DNA of 64,000 bases, taken from contig NC_043017.1 of assembly GCF_006345805.1 (NCBI RefSeq), positions 7,998,001-8,062,000 of the forward strand. Reading direction: 5' to 3'. The position numbers and the translations under genes are program-made. Under the pieces are notes generated by a model. The model did not search any database. It was not told the origin of the DNA and was given only the letters and a program-made list of their open reading frames with translations. The stretch is from Octopus sinensis. Lineage: Eukaryota. Positions 1 to 13,250 of the stretch are shown piece by piece. How positions within the stretch are numbered: the stretch's first letter is position 1; every line of letters begins with the position of its first letter.

Positions 1-856
1 GTTTTATTTATTTATTTATTTATTTATTTTTGTTCTCTGAAGTTGAAGGCAAAAAATAAATAAAATAAAAATAACGAAATTACGACAGGTTTCCAATATT
101 TTCATGGAATAACCAAAACAAGAAATAGCTGCTCTATAATACTTAATGACATACATACACCACATGCATACAAGAGAGCATCAACATAGCTGCTTGACCT
201 ACTAGAAAAAGAAGCTAAATCTTGCACAAGTCACACCTTAAGAAAAGAACGAAGAACACAATAGATAACGTAGTCATGTAGTCTTAGGTAATTCATGTTT
301 GGCTAAAAGACAGAATGATTTTGGCTGGAATGTTTTTGATCAAAAAGATTTTCTGAATCAGAACTGATGTGTGACTTAAACAGTAATAGACATACACATA
401 CAACACAACTCACACAGTAGGAGTCATTGTGAAACATTTTACTGTGTTTGTGTGAAATTTTGATGTTGTTGGTGGTGTCCTTTAGTCCCAGGTCAACTCT
501 GATTGACCAGATTTATAACCAAAGGCATCCTAACCATAACAATCCCTGTTTGAGACTACTATGCTTTGCTGATGAAATTTGATAAGACTGCAGTATGTCT
601 GTGTGTCATCATGTTTGATAACAAAGATCAGGGGTTTTTTTTTCTATAAGCATGAAAATAAATAATTTTCTATGAAATTAGGTGTTAATCTTTTGTGATT
701 GTTTCCTTTTTTGTTTTAAGAGTCACTAATTTTTCCTGCAAGGTTTTGTTTTCTTTCTCCAAATAAGAAGTAAATTTCAATGCATTTAGAAATATTTGCA
801 TACAACATTCAGTACATCACCTCCTTCCTTTGTTATAGAATAGAATTCTTTTAATC

Positions 857-1045
857 TTTTTTCTTGTTTCAGTCATTTGACTGCAATCATGCTGGAGCAC
901 TGCCTTGCGGGGTTTTAAAAATATGTTCTGATCCCAGAACTTACTTTTTAAAGCCTAGTACTTGGTCTCTTTTACCAAACTGCTAAGTTACAGGAATGTA
1001 AACACACCGATATTGGTTGTCAAGCAGTGATGGGGGGGACAAACA
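857..1045 (-). mobile_element. SINE family A, 3' half (degenerate)
   Basis: Reverse complement carries TAACTTAGCAGTTTGGTAAAAGAGACC...AAGTACTAGG...CCAGCATG...CAGTCAAATGACTGAAACAAG, shared with the + copy at 25850-26010. Confidence 0.75.
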
Positions 1046-1109
1046 CAGACACAAAAACACACACACATACATACATACATATGTGTGTGTGCGTGTACCC
1101 ACACACAAT

Positions 1110-1255
1110 GTTCTTCTTTCAGTTCCCATCTGCCAAATCTACTCACAAGGCTTTGGTTGGTCTCAGGCTATAGTAGATGACACTTGCCCAAGGTGCCATG
1201 CAGTGGGACTGAACCTGGAACCATGTGGTAGGGAAGCAAGCTTCCTATCACACCT
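1110..1255 (-). mobile_element. tRNA-derived SINE family B
   Basis: Minus strand reads GGTTCAGTCCCACTGCATGGCACCTTGGGCAAGTGTC...ACTATAGCC...AAAGCCTTGTGAGT. Further copies at about 6433(+), 8230(-), 24380(-), 25598(-), 26095(-), 35640(-), 38380(-), 46165(-) and 62325(+). Confidence 0.8.
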
Positions 1256-2439
1256 AATAACCTTTCCTTATTTAACATGGTAGAAAGAGATTTGAGGAAG
1301 ATTTGGCTGTTAATTCTAATTGGTCAAACAGCCACATAGAGGCTCCCAAAGGAGTGACTGGAATGCAAGTCTCATTGAAGCAGAGCAATGCTGTATTGTT
1401 CTATAGATTTGTTCTATAGATTTTTTAAAAGTAATCAATGTCCCATTTCGACCAACTTGTTGCTGCAGGGAAGGCAAAATTAAATAAATACAATTTATCG
1501 CAATATATAGCAACAAGTTTTGAGGATGCGGATTTTGTATCTATTTTGAAAATTTTACTTTGATTTTGGTTTTATTTTATTAGTTATCTTTTTTATTCCT
1601 GTTGAATTTTGTTTTCTTTCTTTCCTTAAAAAAAGAAAAATAAGAAAAATCAATTTAACAATATAAGATTTCTCACAGAAGAATGTACATACAAATGCAT
1701 TCTGCTGTGGTATTGGAAGTTTTAAGTCTATGGTTTTGTTATTACTCAAGTTTATAACCTAAATCCCACAAATGTATAAAAGTATATGGTGTGAGTATTG
1801 CTAATTTAATCAATATTTTTGTCTTTCTGGCCAGGATATATCTCAATCTCCTGAAAGTCTATTGACTTGGTTTATCCCACTGAGAACATTGCTAGCCTGT
1901 GTGATATCTCTTTGACCATCAGTGCTTATGGAAGTTGTACTTTTTTTGGTTCATTTTTTTCATTGCCTTTTTAGAAATTTTGGCATGCCTAATTAGTATA
2001 GGATTTTGCTGCTAAATGTAAGCATTTTAGATTGAAGTTAATTGATGATGATGATGAATAAATTATTTACATCATCAAAATATAGCTGCTCCCAACAGTA
2101 AAAGCATTACAACAGTGTTGAAGCCACCCTTCACTGTGTTTCAATACAAAATGTTTTCTGATTCCATCCATCTGAAACCATACAGCTAAGCATTCATTGA
2201 AGTAACATTTAAATAATTTTATACAAAACTACAAGACCCCACAAGCCTTGGGACCAAGAGTTCAAGCTGCACCCTACATACTGTATAATGTTGACCAGGC
2301 CAACAAGGCTCAACAATTAGAGGAAGACACCATGCTCCAACATCTGTTTTGGCATGGTTTCTGAGGCTGAGCTTCCTTCCTAATTCCAGTCACATTAAAG
2401 AGTGTACTAGGTGGATGTTTTTACCTGACATTAGTACTA

Positions 2440-2960
2440 GTAAAATATTCTTGCAAGAATAAAGGGCATCAAGGAGTTTCTGTAACAAATAGAAAGTAGG
2501 AATGAGAGAAAGTGTGGTGATTTAGGTAAGGTGATGAGAAACGAAGTTATAGTTGTTAAAGGGTGATAGAGGAGACAGTAATGGAGTAATAACTGTTGGA
2601 AGTGGGGGAGGAAGTAGATAATGAGGGGTAAGGATCCAGAGAGAGTTCTTGAAAGAAAGGTTTGGGGTAGGTTAGAGAGAGAGAGAGAAAGAGGAGGGTA
2701 TTGAAGTTGTAAAAAAGCTGTGGAGTGAAGGAAGTGAGACAGAGAAGGAGTAATGAATAGTAGTGAGCAAGCAACAGAGTGAGGTGGTGACATAAGAGAT
2801 ATTAATGAGAAAGTGATGGTTGAAGTGAGTGAAGAGATGGATAGATGAGTGAAGGTTGGCACAAACAGATTGATGGGAGCATGTGTGGGGTGGCCATTCA
2901 TTGTTTGCAAGGTTCATTGGTGGTAGGAAGGTAAAAGATGGAGGGGTATGAGTGATGGTG
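2440..2960 (-). mobile_element. Possible Penelope-like RT remnant
   Basis: Purine-rich + strand. Minus-strand peptides SFTF / ANL / SFTPQLF...PFFQELSL...LSTSSPTSNSY loosely echo PLE RT motifs across frameshifts. Confidence 0.4.
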
Positions 2961-3879
2961 TGTGTGTGTGTATGTGTATTTATATACATATATATATACA
3001 CTTACACATATATATATAGTTAGATATCTATTTATATATTACTCTACCTCTTCCATCGTGCATATAATGTATGTGTGTGTGTGTGTATGTATATATATAT
3101 GTATATATATATATATATATAAATATAAAGGTTAGTTGAGTTAAGGGTTAAAACAACCGGCTAAGGGATAGAAGTATCCATTACACTACCGATATATTAC
3201 CTATACTTAACCACATACTTAAATATGTGAACATATTATGCTCATAGGTTATAGTTAAAGACAAGGATAAACATGGGTTTATCAAGAATCAAAATTTAAA
3301 GAAAACAGAAAATGGAGAAGTACTGATGAAGAACAATTGACGTACATCAATTATTGTTTATTAATTCAATGCAAATAGACTGCAGTCCATCTAACAGCTG
3401 TTTCTGTTTCCAATGTTGTATGGTATTGCCATTGATATGCAAAAATATGTAAAAATATTTATCATATTTGGTAATAAGACCAATTTGAAACAAGGATATA
3501 TATATATATACATACACACACACACACTTTTTGTTGCGATTTATATATATATATATATATATATACACATACATATATTATAGGAGTCCTATGGTTACAC
3601 GTTCATAGGAACATGTTTGAACACTTAGAATATAAAACTGTATCTATAAATAGATGCAGTTTGTTCACAAGAATAACGATAATTATAGACTGTAGAAAAG
3701 AATTTCATGTATTAGCTACACAGTAAATAATAATGTTTAAAGAAATAATTGAATGTGACAAATATATATGTTGGTTTCTCTCCTCTGGGAATTCCTGAAG
3801 CTCTTCTTTGGGTTCTCCCAAATGAGAGAAAAATATATTTGTCTCATTTGATTATTTATCTACCTGTCTATCTAAAGAA

Positions 3880-3916
<37 letters not shown>

Positions 3917-4599
3917 CGCACACCTATCTGATTAGTGCTTTTTAAAATTGTATGATGTCATCATTATACATTAGTAATAGCTGTGTGTCTGCATGCATCT
4001 GGGTAAAGTCTTGGAGAAAGTCATTGTTATGCACCTTTTGTAATCTTACATATGCTTAAGTGAACTTTTAACCAAACATGCTTTTAATGAACAGGTGTTC
4101 TTAGCAGTATACCTTTGTGAATGTGTTTTGTGTTTGTACCATAAATTGTTATTGAGATTGGTCAAATCATTAGAGCATTCAACAAAATACCTTGCCATAT
4201 TTCTTCTGGCCTTTTAGGGCCTCATTTAAAATCTCACTCAATTCAATCTTTCATTTCATCCTTCTAGCACTCAATAAAATATTACCAATTGACTACTGGG
4301 ATGGCTCTAGTTTCTTTTCTGTAAATTTGAGGCCTTGTACCTGAGTTGGAGATTGTTGGATAAAATACCTTGTTTTATTTCATAACATCCCCTTACATTC
4401 TAATCTTAACTGTCACTGATGTCAACTTTGCCTTTCATCCTTCAGAGGTTGTAAAAGCAAAGTACCAGTCAAAAGCTGGGGTTGAATTTCAACTAACTAC
4501 TCTCAACAGTTTCTGAACTTACTGTTAGTTTTCCATTGCAAAATGTTTGAAATATTTCTCAATATTTGATAATGTAATTTGATCAAAATTATTTCATAT

Positions 4600-4910
4600 A
4601 AATCTTCTGTTGTGCTATGAATGTGAAGGACATGTGAAGACTACAAAGAAATGAAGCTAGCATGTTCCACTGGATGTGCACTGTTAGTATGCATATATGA
4701 CAAGTCAGTCAAGAGAAAAATTGGGTGTAAGAGGAATCGTTTATGCAAGAGAGAAGACTTGCTGGTATGATTATTGGATGGAACCTGTGGAAGAGTAAGA
4801 TCCAGAAAGGTGTGGGAGAAATTAGTGAAGACCAGCCTTGGGTATTGAGCCTCTTGGAGATGATAAAAATGATTGATTTGCTGTGCTCAAGAATACCAGT
4901 CTATCTCAGC
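4600..4910 (+). mobile_element. Degraded RTE-type LINE 3' end
   Basis: Decayed translation SREKLGVRGI / QERRL.W / GTCGR.KIQK.W resembles the RTE ORF2 C-terminus (RGRPRKTW region). Confidence 0.55.
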
Positions 4911-5199
4911 AAAAATGAGGCCCTAAAAGCATACCGTTTGTGTATATATGCCTCCACACTCAATCTGTTCTTGTCACACCTCCCCCCACAACTCATCTGT
5001 CTAACACCAATCCTTCCATCATTCTTCTAACAATGGCACTGCTCACTCAGGTGCTGTAATTTCATGTTATCGATTATCCCTTTCCTTTAAATCACTTTTG
5101 TCACCCATCCCACATTTTGTTTTCCATTAAACACTCCTTTCCCTTGAACACCCTCTTACATCTGCCTTTGATGAGCCCCCACACACATTTGTTCAACCC

Positions 5200-6398
5200 A
5201 CTAGAATAAAAATAATGAAGGGAGCCAGACTAAGCTTTGGGCAATGGAAATTTGACTTAAAAGTGCTACTGGAAATTTGAAAACATTGCTGAAGTACTTT
5301 AAACAAAAGAAAGTCTTTTGAAAGTACTACTGGAAGTTTGAAAATGTAGTTGAAGATAGAAGTATCAAACTGATCCACCTGCACAATTTACCATCAATTG
5401 AATTAGAGACAAGCTTGAAGCAGATGGAACTCTAGTTCAGAATGACTTCAAGAAATGTTCTGGAAGACTGCCATCATTGATGACTCCAAAAAAATAAAAG
5501 AGCACTAGAAACATATTGCCAAATTTCGAGAAAATGTGTAGCAAGTGTGTTGTGAGACAGGAATTATAAAATCAAGCATCCATTGCATTTTGAAGCTCTG
5601 TCATTGGAAGAGTTACATTCCAAGAAAAGTCCCAGATGTCAATGAAGATGATCTAGACTGAAGAGTGAAGTTTTGTGGGTTACACATGGCAAGATGTATA
5701 AAGAAGCACACCTTCCAATAAAGATTGTTTGGAGTGATGAGGCTACATTTAAATATAATTGGATCAGTTAAACACTACAGCTTGGGGACCTGAGAGTTCA
5801 CATATTACAGAGGAACATCATATTAATTTACTAGAGGTTAAGTATGGTGCAGCTTACCACCAAAAAGATTAATTAGACCACTCTTTTTTTAATGGTATTG
5901 TAACTGATCCCATTTACTTGAACTTGTTGTGATATGTCATGCCAAGCATTCAAGAAGACTTTGAAAATCTAGAGTTTATTTTCAGCCAGATGAGACACTT
6001 CAACACTACAATAGTAATATAAGGATGAAATTTGCAAAACAGGTGGATTGAACAAAGATGTTCTGTAGAATACTCTCCATGTTCTTCAAACTCCACCACC
6101 ACTAAACTATTTTTATGGAAATACTTTAAAAATTTAAAGTACAAACCAGCCACAGTTATGATCTAATGGCAGCCATTGAACAAAATGTTTTGTTGTTTGT
6201 GATTCCATTGTTTTGTATTACCACCAGTGCCAGGACCAGAACATTTATCATTTTGAAAACAGGCATTCATGAAAAAATTAATTTCTGTCTGTAAATTCTA
6301 TTAAGTTTTTAAAATGGAATGTATTTTAATAAACACTGATTTTATAATCATTCAATTTGTGTATATATTTTTTTTTGGGTGGGGGGAGGCACCCTGTA
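5200..6398 (+). mobile_element. Decayed IS630-Tc1-mariner DNA transposon (DUF4817-like N-terminus)
   Basis: Frameshifted KCYWKFENIAEV, IRDKLEADGT, IVWSDEATF, FQPD (FQQD-like) and LFLWKYFK (DFFLWGYLK-like). The right end CACCCTG+TA (6390-6398) is a Tc1/mariner TIR with a TA target; no left TIR recognised. Confidence 0.8.
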
Positions 6399-6780
6399 TA
6401 TACATCTGTATATGTATAGGCACTGAAGTAAGTATGTAGTTAAGAAGTCTACTTGCCAGCCTTATAGTTTCAGTTTTAGTCTCACTGTGTGGCACCTTGG
6501 GTAAGTGTCTTCTATTATGGATTGAGATTATTATGGGCAAAAAGATAGATTCCCTTTCATCATGTGTCAGCGATGAGAGAGTCAAGAAGGAAGAGTGAGA
6601 GAGAGGGAATGGTGAAGGAGAGGAGAAGAATATATATATACAAATATATACATATATACACATATATATATATACATATATATACATACATATATATACA
6701 TATATATATATATACACACATATATATACATATATACATACATATATATACATATTTATATACATATATATACACACACG

Positions 6781-7038
6781 TGGAGGCGCAATGGCCCAGT
6801 GGTTAGGGCAGCGGACTCGCGGTCGTAGGATTGCGGTTTCGATTCCCAGACCGGGCGTTGTGAGTGTTTATTGAGCGAAAACACCTAAAGCTCCACGAGG
6901 CTCCAGTGTACTCTTTCACCACTCTTTCTTCTGTTGGCCAGCGGGGTGGCGTCATTCGAAGGCTAAAGCAATGCAAACGCATTGTGACCAGCGATGTGTA
7001 ACAACATCTGATGTCTGGTTGGTCACGTGGTCACGTGA
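6781..7038 (+). mobile_element. Young, CpG-rich tRNA-derived SINE (family C)
   Basis: A box TGGCCCAGTGG (6792-6802), B box GGTTTCGATTCC (6835-6846). Body GCATTGTGACCAGCGATGT is shared with older copies at 35088-35370. Sits inside a TA/CA microsatellite. Confidence 0.85.
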
Positions 7039-7039
7039 T

Positions 7040-7321
7040 ATATACACACACACATATATATATAATACATATACATATAATATATATATATACATAACAT
7101 ATATACATATACATATATATACATATATATATATATACATATATATATATATTATATATATATTATATATATATACATATATATACATATATATATACAC
7201 ACATATATATTTACATATATATATATATATATTATATATATATATACACACATATATAATACACACATATATATATACACCACATATATATATACACATA
7301 TATAATATACAATATATATAT

Positions 7322-7368
<47 letters not shown>

Positions 7369-7400
7369 TATATATATACATATATATACACATATATATA
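7040..7400. repeat. Compound (TA)n/(CA)n microsatellite
   Basis: Direct inspection. Similar tracts at 6630-6780, 11330-11460, 11725-11866, 12140-13700, 43430-43495 and 44310-44460 explain the IY/YI-rich ORFs. Confidence 0.95.
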
Positions 7401-7404
7401 CATA

Positions 7405-7540
7405 TATATATATATACAGATATTGGAAGAGCGTAGGCTCAAAATGTTAAAGACTTTCACTTCCTGAGCGTTAAACTAATACATCTGTTTGTTGTCTACA
7501 CCACCTGTCTTCCTCTTGTTTTTTTTGTGAATTCTCCCCA
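7405..7540 (+). mobile_element. Penelope-like terminal repeat fragment
   Basis: GAAGAGCGTAGGCTCAAAATGTT reads as CpG-decayed GAGC-GTAG-GCTC-GAAACG, the stem + GAAAC motif typical of PLE termini. Confidence 0.4.
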
Positions 7541-8404
7541 TACACACACATACACATACATATATATACACACACACATATATACATATATATATACATA
7601 CACATACACACACAATATACATGCTCACACTTATGTACATATAAAAGCATGTGTATGTATATATGTGTGTGTGAGTGTCTATGTGTAATTCTTTCTCCTT
7701 GTCTTGACATTACGTGAGAGTTGTAAATGTGTGTAACTCTCATACAAACAATGTCAGTCATTTCTAAATATTCTGCAAACTAATGTCTGGCCATGGGTAA
7801 ATATTAGCTCACCAAGAAACTAGTGAGTGTTGGTGACAGGTGAGGGTTTTCTGGTTGTAGAAATTCTTCTGCAGTAAACTCTTCCTGCATGGAAAAGTGG
7901 ATGTTAAATGATTGTGTGTGTGTGTATTTAAATGTATATATAAGTATGTATGTAGATATGTATCATTGTCATCATCACTTTAGCATCAACTTTTGTATGC
8001 TTGCATGGGTCAAACAATGTTTATTTAGGTAGATGTTCTATGGTTGGATGCCCTACCTCTTACCAATGCTTTCCTGTTTCAAAACAGTGTAATATCTTCC
8101 CTCAGCCATTCATGTGTTTTTTCCTTCAGAATATTAGAAATGAATGACACAGATTGTATGACAGTGACAGCCTTTTACAAATATCATATGATGTCAAGAG
8201 AAGGGGACATACTCCCCCACCACACACACACAGTCGGCTTCTTTTAGTTTCCATGTACAACATCTACTCACAGGCTTTCATCAACTCTGGAGTTATACTT
8301 GAAGACACTTGGCCAAGGTGCTGCATAGTGGATTAAATCTGAAAACATGTAAACTTTGTAATCACACACATACATACGCCTGCTCTTTATGTATGTATGT
8401 ATGA

Positions 8405-8785
8405 ATACCCGATCACGCGGTTAAACCATTGGGAGTGAAGGTCTCCTAACCTTTGTTAGGGCATCCTTCTAGGAGAAGGTAACTGGGATAACTCCGACAT
8501 AAAACCTGTGGCTCAGTGGTTACCGATGATGTTGACTCGTTCTTCTTTTTGGATTATGGCTGCTGTTGCTTAGTGAGTGGGATTGACTCAGTGCATAGCC
8601 TTTCCTTACTTTAAAAGAAAATCTTCTTGCACAGGCATTGCACGATAACAACATTGTTCATGATTGTTGATGGTGCTGTGAGTCTCAACTGAATGGCAGG
8701 CTGTAGCATTAAAAAGCAAATAAAAGTCACATTCGATCACAGCACCAATAACAGTTAAGCTTCATGCAATGGCCATACTCGAGAA
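8405..8785 (+). mobile_element. Probable RTE-type LINE 5'UTR fragment
   Basis: GGGCATCCTTCTAGGAGAAGGTAACT resembles the motif recalled from RTE 5' ends; locally CpG-rich. Confidence 0.45.
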
Positions 8786-11638
8786 CGAGGGGGCAGCCAT
8801 CATGTATGTATGTACATGTGTATGTGTGTGTATGTTTATGTGTGTATGTGTGTGTGTGTGTATATATATATAATATATATATTTGCATATAAATATATGT
8901 GTAAACATGTAAATATGTATTTGGATATGTAGTATTCTCTTTTCAAACTACTTTCTTTTCTACTAACAACAACTACAGCTCCTAAATAATAAATATACAT
9001 TGGCTGTTAGCTTCAGACAGTATTTTTATCACCAGTTTTCATTTTGTTTTTGTTTATTTGTTTGTTCTCTCTCCTCTGTTTGTCATATGATAAATTTTAT
9101 AACATTTATGAAGGAGTCGTTATTATTATCCCAGCAAAAGTATGGAAGTTTGGAAAAAGAAAAGTAGTCTTTGTTTATAATGAATATCTAATGATATTTC
9201 GATGTAAATTTTTAAAATCATTCACAAAATGTTTAGCTCCTCTAAGAATACTAACTCAGTTTTCAACTCTGTCTTTATTGATTAGTTAAAACTTATGAAA
9301 TTTAATCTTGAACAATCCTGTATGTATGACACTTGTGAGATTAGTGTGTTGGACTATTGTCCATATGGCATAGGTACAAATTTTACTGTAGCCATTATGT
9401 CATGGGCTTGACCAAGATCCATAACTTTGCTAGTTTCAGTTTGGCTCAAATAGTTTGCTCGGGAATAGTGTAGGTTATGAATAAATAAATATACAGACTT
9501 ATATACATACTTATTTTGTCTCAGGAAATTAAGCCCAAGTAGCCTTGTCGATAGATTGGGGTGTGAGGGTTGAACTACTGGCTGGTTTCATTGTTATTGA
9601 ATAATTTATCAGGATTTGCTCACTTTTCATATATTTATTGAATGTAGAATAGATTCCATTGGTACTTTATGTTTGAGTGATTAGCAATATAGTGAGCATC
9701 TGATACCTGTAATAATAATATTGTAAAATAACCACTGATCTGTTACTGAAGTGCTAGTTCTCTATAACCTCTTTCATGAAGAGTAGTATATTATTATTAT
9801 AAAAATATCTTACTTCCAGCAGATTTATACATTGAAATACATTATAAATAATGTACTGTAGCCATATTTGAGTCAATGGGTCATGGCTGAAAAGAAAGAT
9901 TCATCTTAACAGACAACAGTTTCCTGATATCTTCTTTAGACCTAGGGTCTTATTTGAACTCTTACCCTTAGAAGCTAATAGAATGCCCATAAGTTACACA
10001 TAATCCTTTCTGCTTACAATAACAAACTGTAACTACCCTCTGTTACCTCAATGTGAAACTGGGCCCCTGGCAAGAACACAGCACAATGTTGATGTTGGTA
10101 CAGAAACTATTGATCCTTTAGTCAGTAGATTAATATGTACTAACAAGTTGACTAGTTCTAACCAACAAAGCTTTGTCAGAATATTCTTAAAGGGAAAGCC
10201 TCTGAGTAGTTATTGAACTTATTAGGAGTAGCAGCCAAGTCTTCCTTAAATTACTTCCTGTCATTTTAAAAACAGGACATATTAGAGAATGTCATCCTAG
10301 ATGCACCACATATGAATGAAAGAAAAGATGTTAACAGTTGATACACCTTTGAGTATAAGTCTGTTTGATTAGGGCTGACTTGATATCAAACATCAACAAC
10401 AGTTTGACTAGATGTATGAATTAATTGCAAATGATATTATACGTTACAAGAACCTATTCAAGGCAACTGACATTATACATTAGGATATTATAAATTATAA
10501 GAACCTATTCAAGACAACTTGTCAAAGCATGTATCTACCACTTGCATAGTGACTATGTCACCAATTACATTACAGAATATATACCTGCCATTCCATCTTC
10601 TCAAATTAGATACTATAAATTATTTCTGATATTATAACTGTGCTGTTTTATCTCCTCAAGATAATTGACATAATTGGTAAAATGGTTGCACAGCAAGTGA
10701 TAGACACATAGTTGTAGTTATATCAGCAAGTGTGTTTCATCTTCTGTCTCAAATAGGTGCCTATAATGCCTACTGTCAGACACTAGATGTAGTTGTTCAA
10801 GTATTAATTAAACTAAGCATCAGCATGAACTTTCAATAGTAATCGTTATCTGAAAGAACGTCCACTTCTTGAAGAAACTTTTAAAAATTGCAATGAAGAC
10901 CCCCTTAATTTCCTTTGGATATATTAATAACCTCACCTTCAATTAACTTCTCCTGTGTTTTTATATTTTGTTTTGTCTAATTTCATATTTCAGAATTGTG
11001 ACAATATTTTAATTCCGCTCTTATTCTTGTTTTATATATATGTATATATACATACGTATATATATATATTGTAAGCTAAAGGGCATATTTGATTACCTTC
11101 GATTTTTTTGAAAATTCTGTAATATTGAATTTATTGTTGATTATTCAAAAACTGTTATTAATTTGGGAAATTAGATATAGACTATATAAGAGAGTTCTTT
11201 TGTAGCTTTGTTTTATAGCAAAACTTAAATGAATTGACATTGAATACTGGCAGCATAGTAGTAAAATTGTGAAAGGAAAAAAAAAGGAATTTTTTTCTGT
11301 AAAGTTAATCAATTCTGCCTTTTATGCTGTTATATATGTATACGCATATATACATGTATATATATTTGTGTGTGTATATATATATTATATATATATATAT
11401 ATATATGCATGTATATGTATATCTATATATATATACTTATATATATATTTATATATAACCTATATCCTTACACCTCACTTGCACCCCTCCATGTCATGAT
11501 ATCACCTATATATATATATATTTATATATATATATCTACCATTATTTTTTTTCAAGTAAGCATTCGTTGTCACTATTTTTTTTTTCTTTATTTCTATTAT
11601 TTTTTTAAACCTTGCTATTGCTGCTTTGGTATCAACAG

Positions 11639-11653
11639 ACGTCACGCCGCCAG
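11639..11653 (+). other. Candidate 15-nt microexon of SCAI (ACGTCACGCCGCCAG)
   Basis: caacag|...CAG|gtaaga with a long upstream U-tract, TGC motifs, downstream TGCATG (11665-11670) and 3 CpGs in 15 nt. No transcript evidence. Confidence 0.55.
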
Positions 11654-11735
11654 GTAAGATATCATGCATGTTTTTGAACTCTTTCCATTGTTCCTCATCG
11701 TCGTACTGTTTTTGATATTCATTTATATATATATA

Positions 11736-11868
<133 letters not shown>

Positions 11869-12135
11869 AAGCTGGGGCCATCAGCATGGCTACAGCCAAA
11901 TGGCTGAAACCAGTGAAAGAGTATCTCTCTCAATGTTAATCACTGAATCAGTATTGATCTAGCTCTATATGCTAGCACCATTTCAATCTTTGCAATTCTT
12001 TCTTTCTTTTTCTTTGTCTTATGACATCTTCTCTCTTTATACTTCTCTGATATGACATCAAATAACACTTTGCTTCATCACATCATACAACAAATTAGAC
12101 CATATCATCATTTTTTTAAAACATTACATATTATG

Positions 12136-12139
<4 letters not shown>

Positions 12140-12179
<40 letters not shown>

Positions 12180-12304
12180 GTATATATGTATATATATATG
12201 TATATGTATATATATGTATATGTATATATATGTGTATATATATATATGTGTGTATATATATGTGTGTATATATATATTTATATGTATGTATATATGTATG
12301 TATA

Positions 12305-12350
<46 letters not shown>

Positions 12351-12651
12351 TGTATATAATATGTGTATATATATATGTATATATATATGTACATACATAC
12401 ACACGCATACACATATACACACTCATACACATACTACTATTCTGTCTTCAGTTTCTTTTCAGTTTTTTCTTTTTTTAGAAACATTTTTTAACCATTCTGT
12501 TTCTTTGAATGATTTCTGTATTCCAATAGGAAGAACAATCTTGTGCATTATAATTAAACTCACTCTGTTTCTACTTCTTATATTCTTCTGTTAACTAAAC
12601 AATAGTTTATCTCATTTCCCTTTTATTAGTTCTTCAATTAACAATGCATTC

Positions 12652-12715
<64 letters not shown>

Positions 12716-12754
12716 ATATATATATATGTATCTATATATATGTGTGTGTATATA

Positions 12755-12800
<46 letters not shown>

Positions 12801-12804
12801 ATAT

Positions 12805-12835
<31 letters not shown>

Positions 12836-12894
12836 GTGTGTGTATATATATGTGTGTATATATATATTTATATGTATGTATATATGTATGTATA

Positions 12895-12940
<46 letters not shown>

Positions 12941-13250
12941 TGTATATAATATGTGTATATATATATGTATATATATATGTACATACATACACACGCATAC
13001 ACATATACACACTCATACACATACTACTATTCTGTCTTCAGTTTCTTTTCAGTTTTTTCTTTTTTTAGAAACATTTTTTAACCATTCTGTTTCTTTGAAT
13101 GATTTCTGTATTCCAATAGGAAGAACAATCTTGTGCATTATAATTTAAACTCACTCTGTTTCTACTTCTTATATTCTTCTGTTAACTAAACAATAGTTTA
13201 TCTCATTTCCCTTTTATTAGTTCTTCAATTAACAATGCATTCATTTCTAT
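12140..13250. repeat. Tandem duplication, period 590 bp (microsatellite + ~230 bp unique tail)
   Basis: ATACTACTATTCTGTCTTCAG occurs at 12431 and 13021. The unique tails look identical apart from a 1-nt indel (taattaaact vs taatttaaact). Confidence 0.92.

Noticed and set aside
6781-6855. tRNA gene
   Set aside because: A and B boxes are present, but there is no acceptor stem and it continues into a SINE body shared with other copies.
7405-7450. Functional hammerhead ribozyme
   Set aside because: The GAGC/GCTC stem survives, but the CUGANGA and GAAAC cores are mutated in this copy.
11974-11990. miR-29-like TAGCACCATTT; also TGGCAGTGTGG (miR-34-like, ~21131) and TTGGTCCCC (miR-133-like, ~22281)
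   Set aside because: Only 9-11 nt match, with no precursor hairpin.
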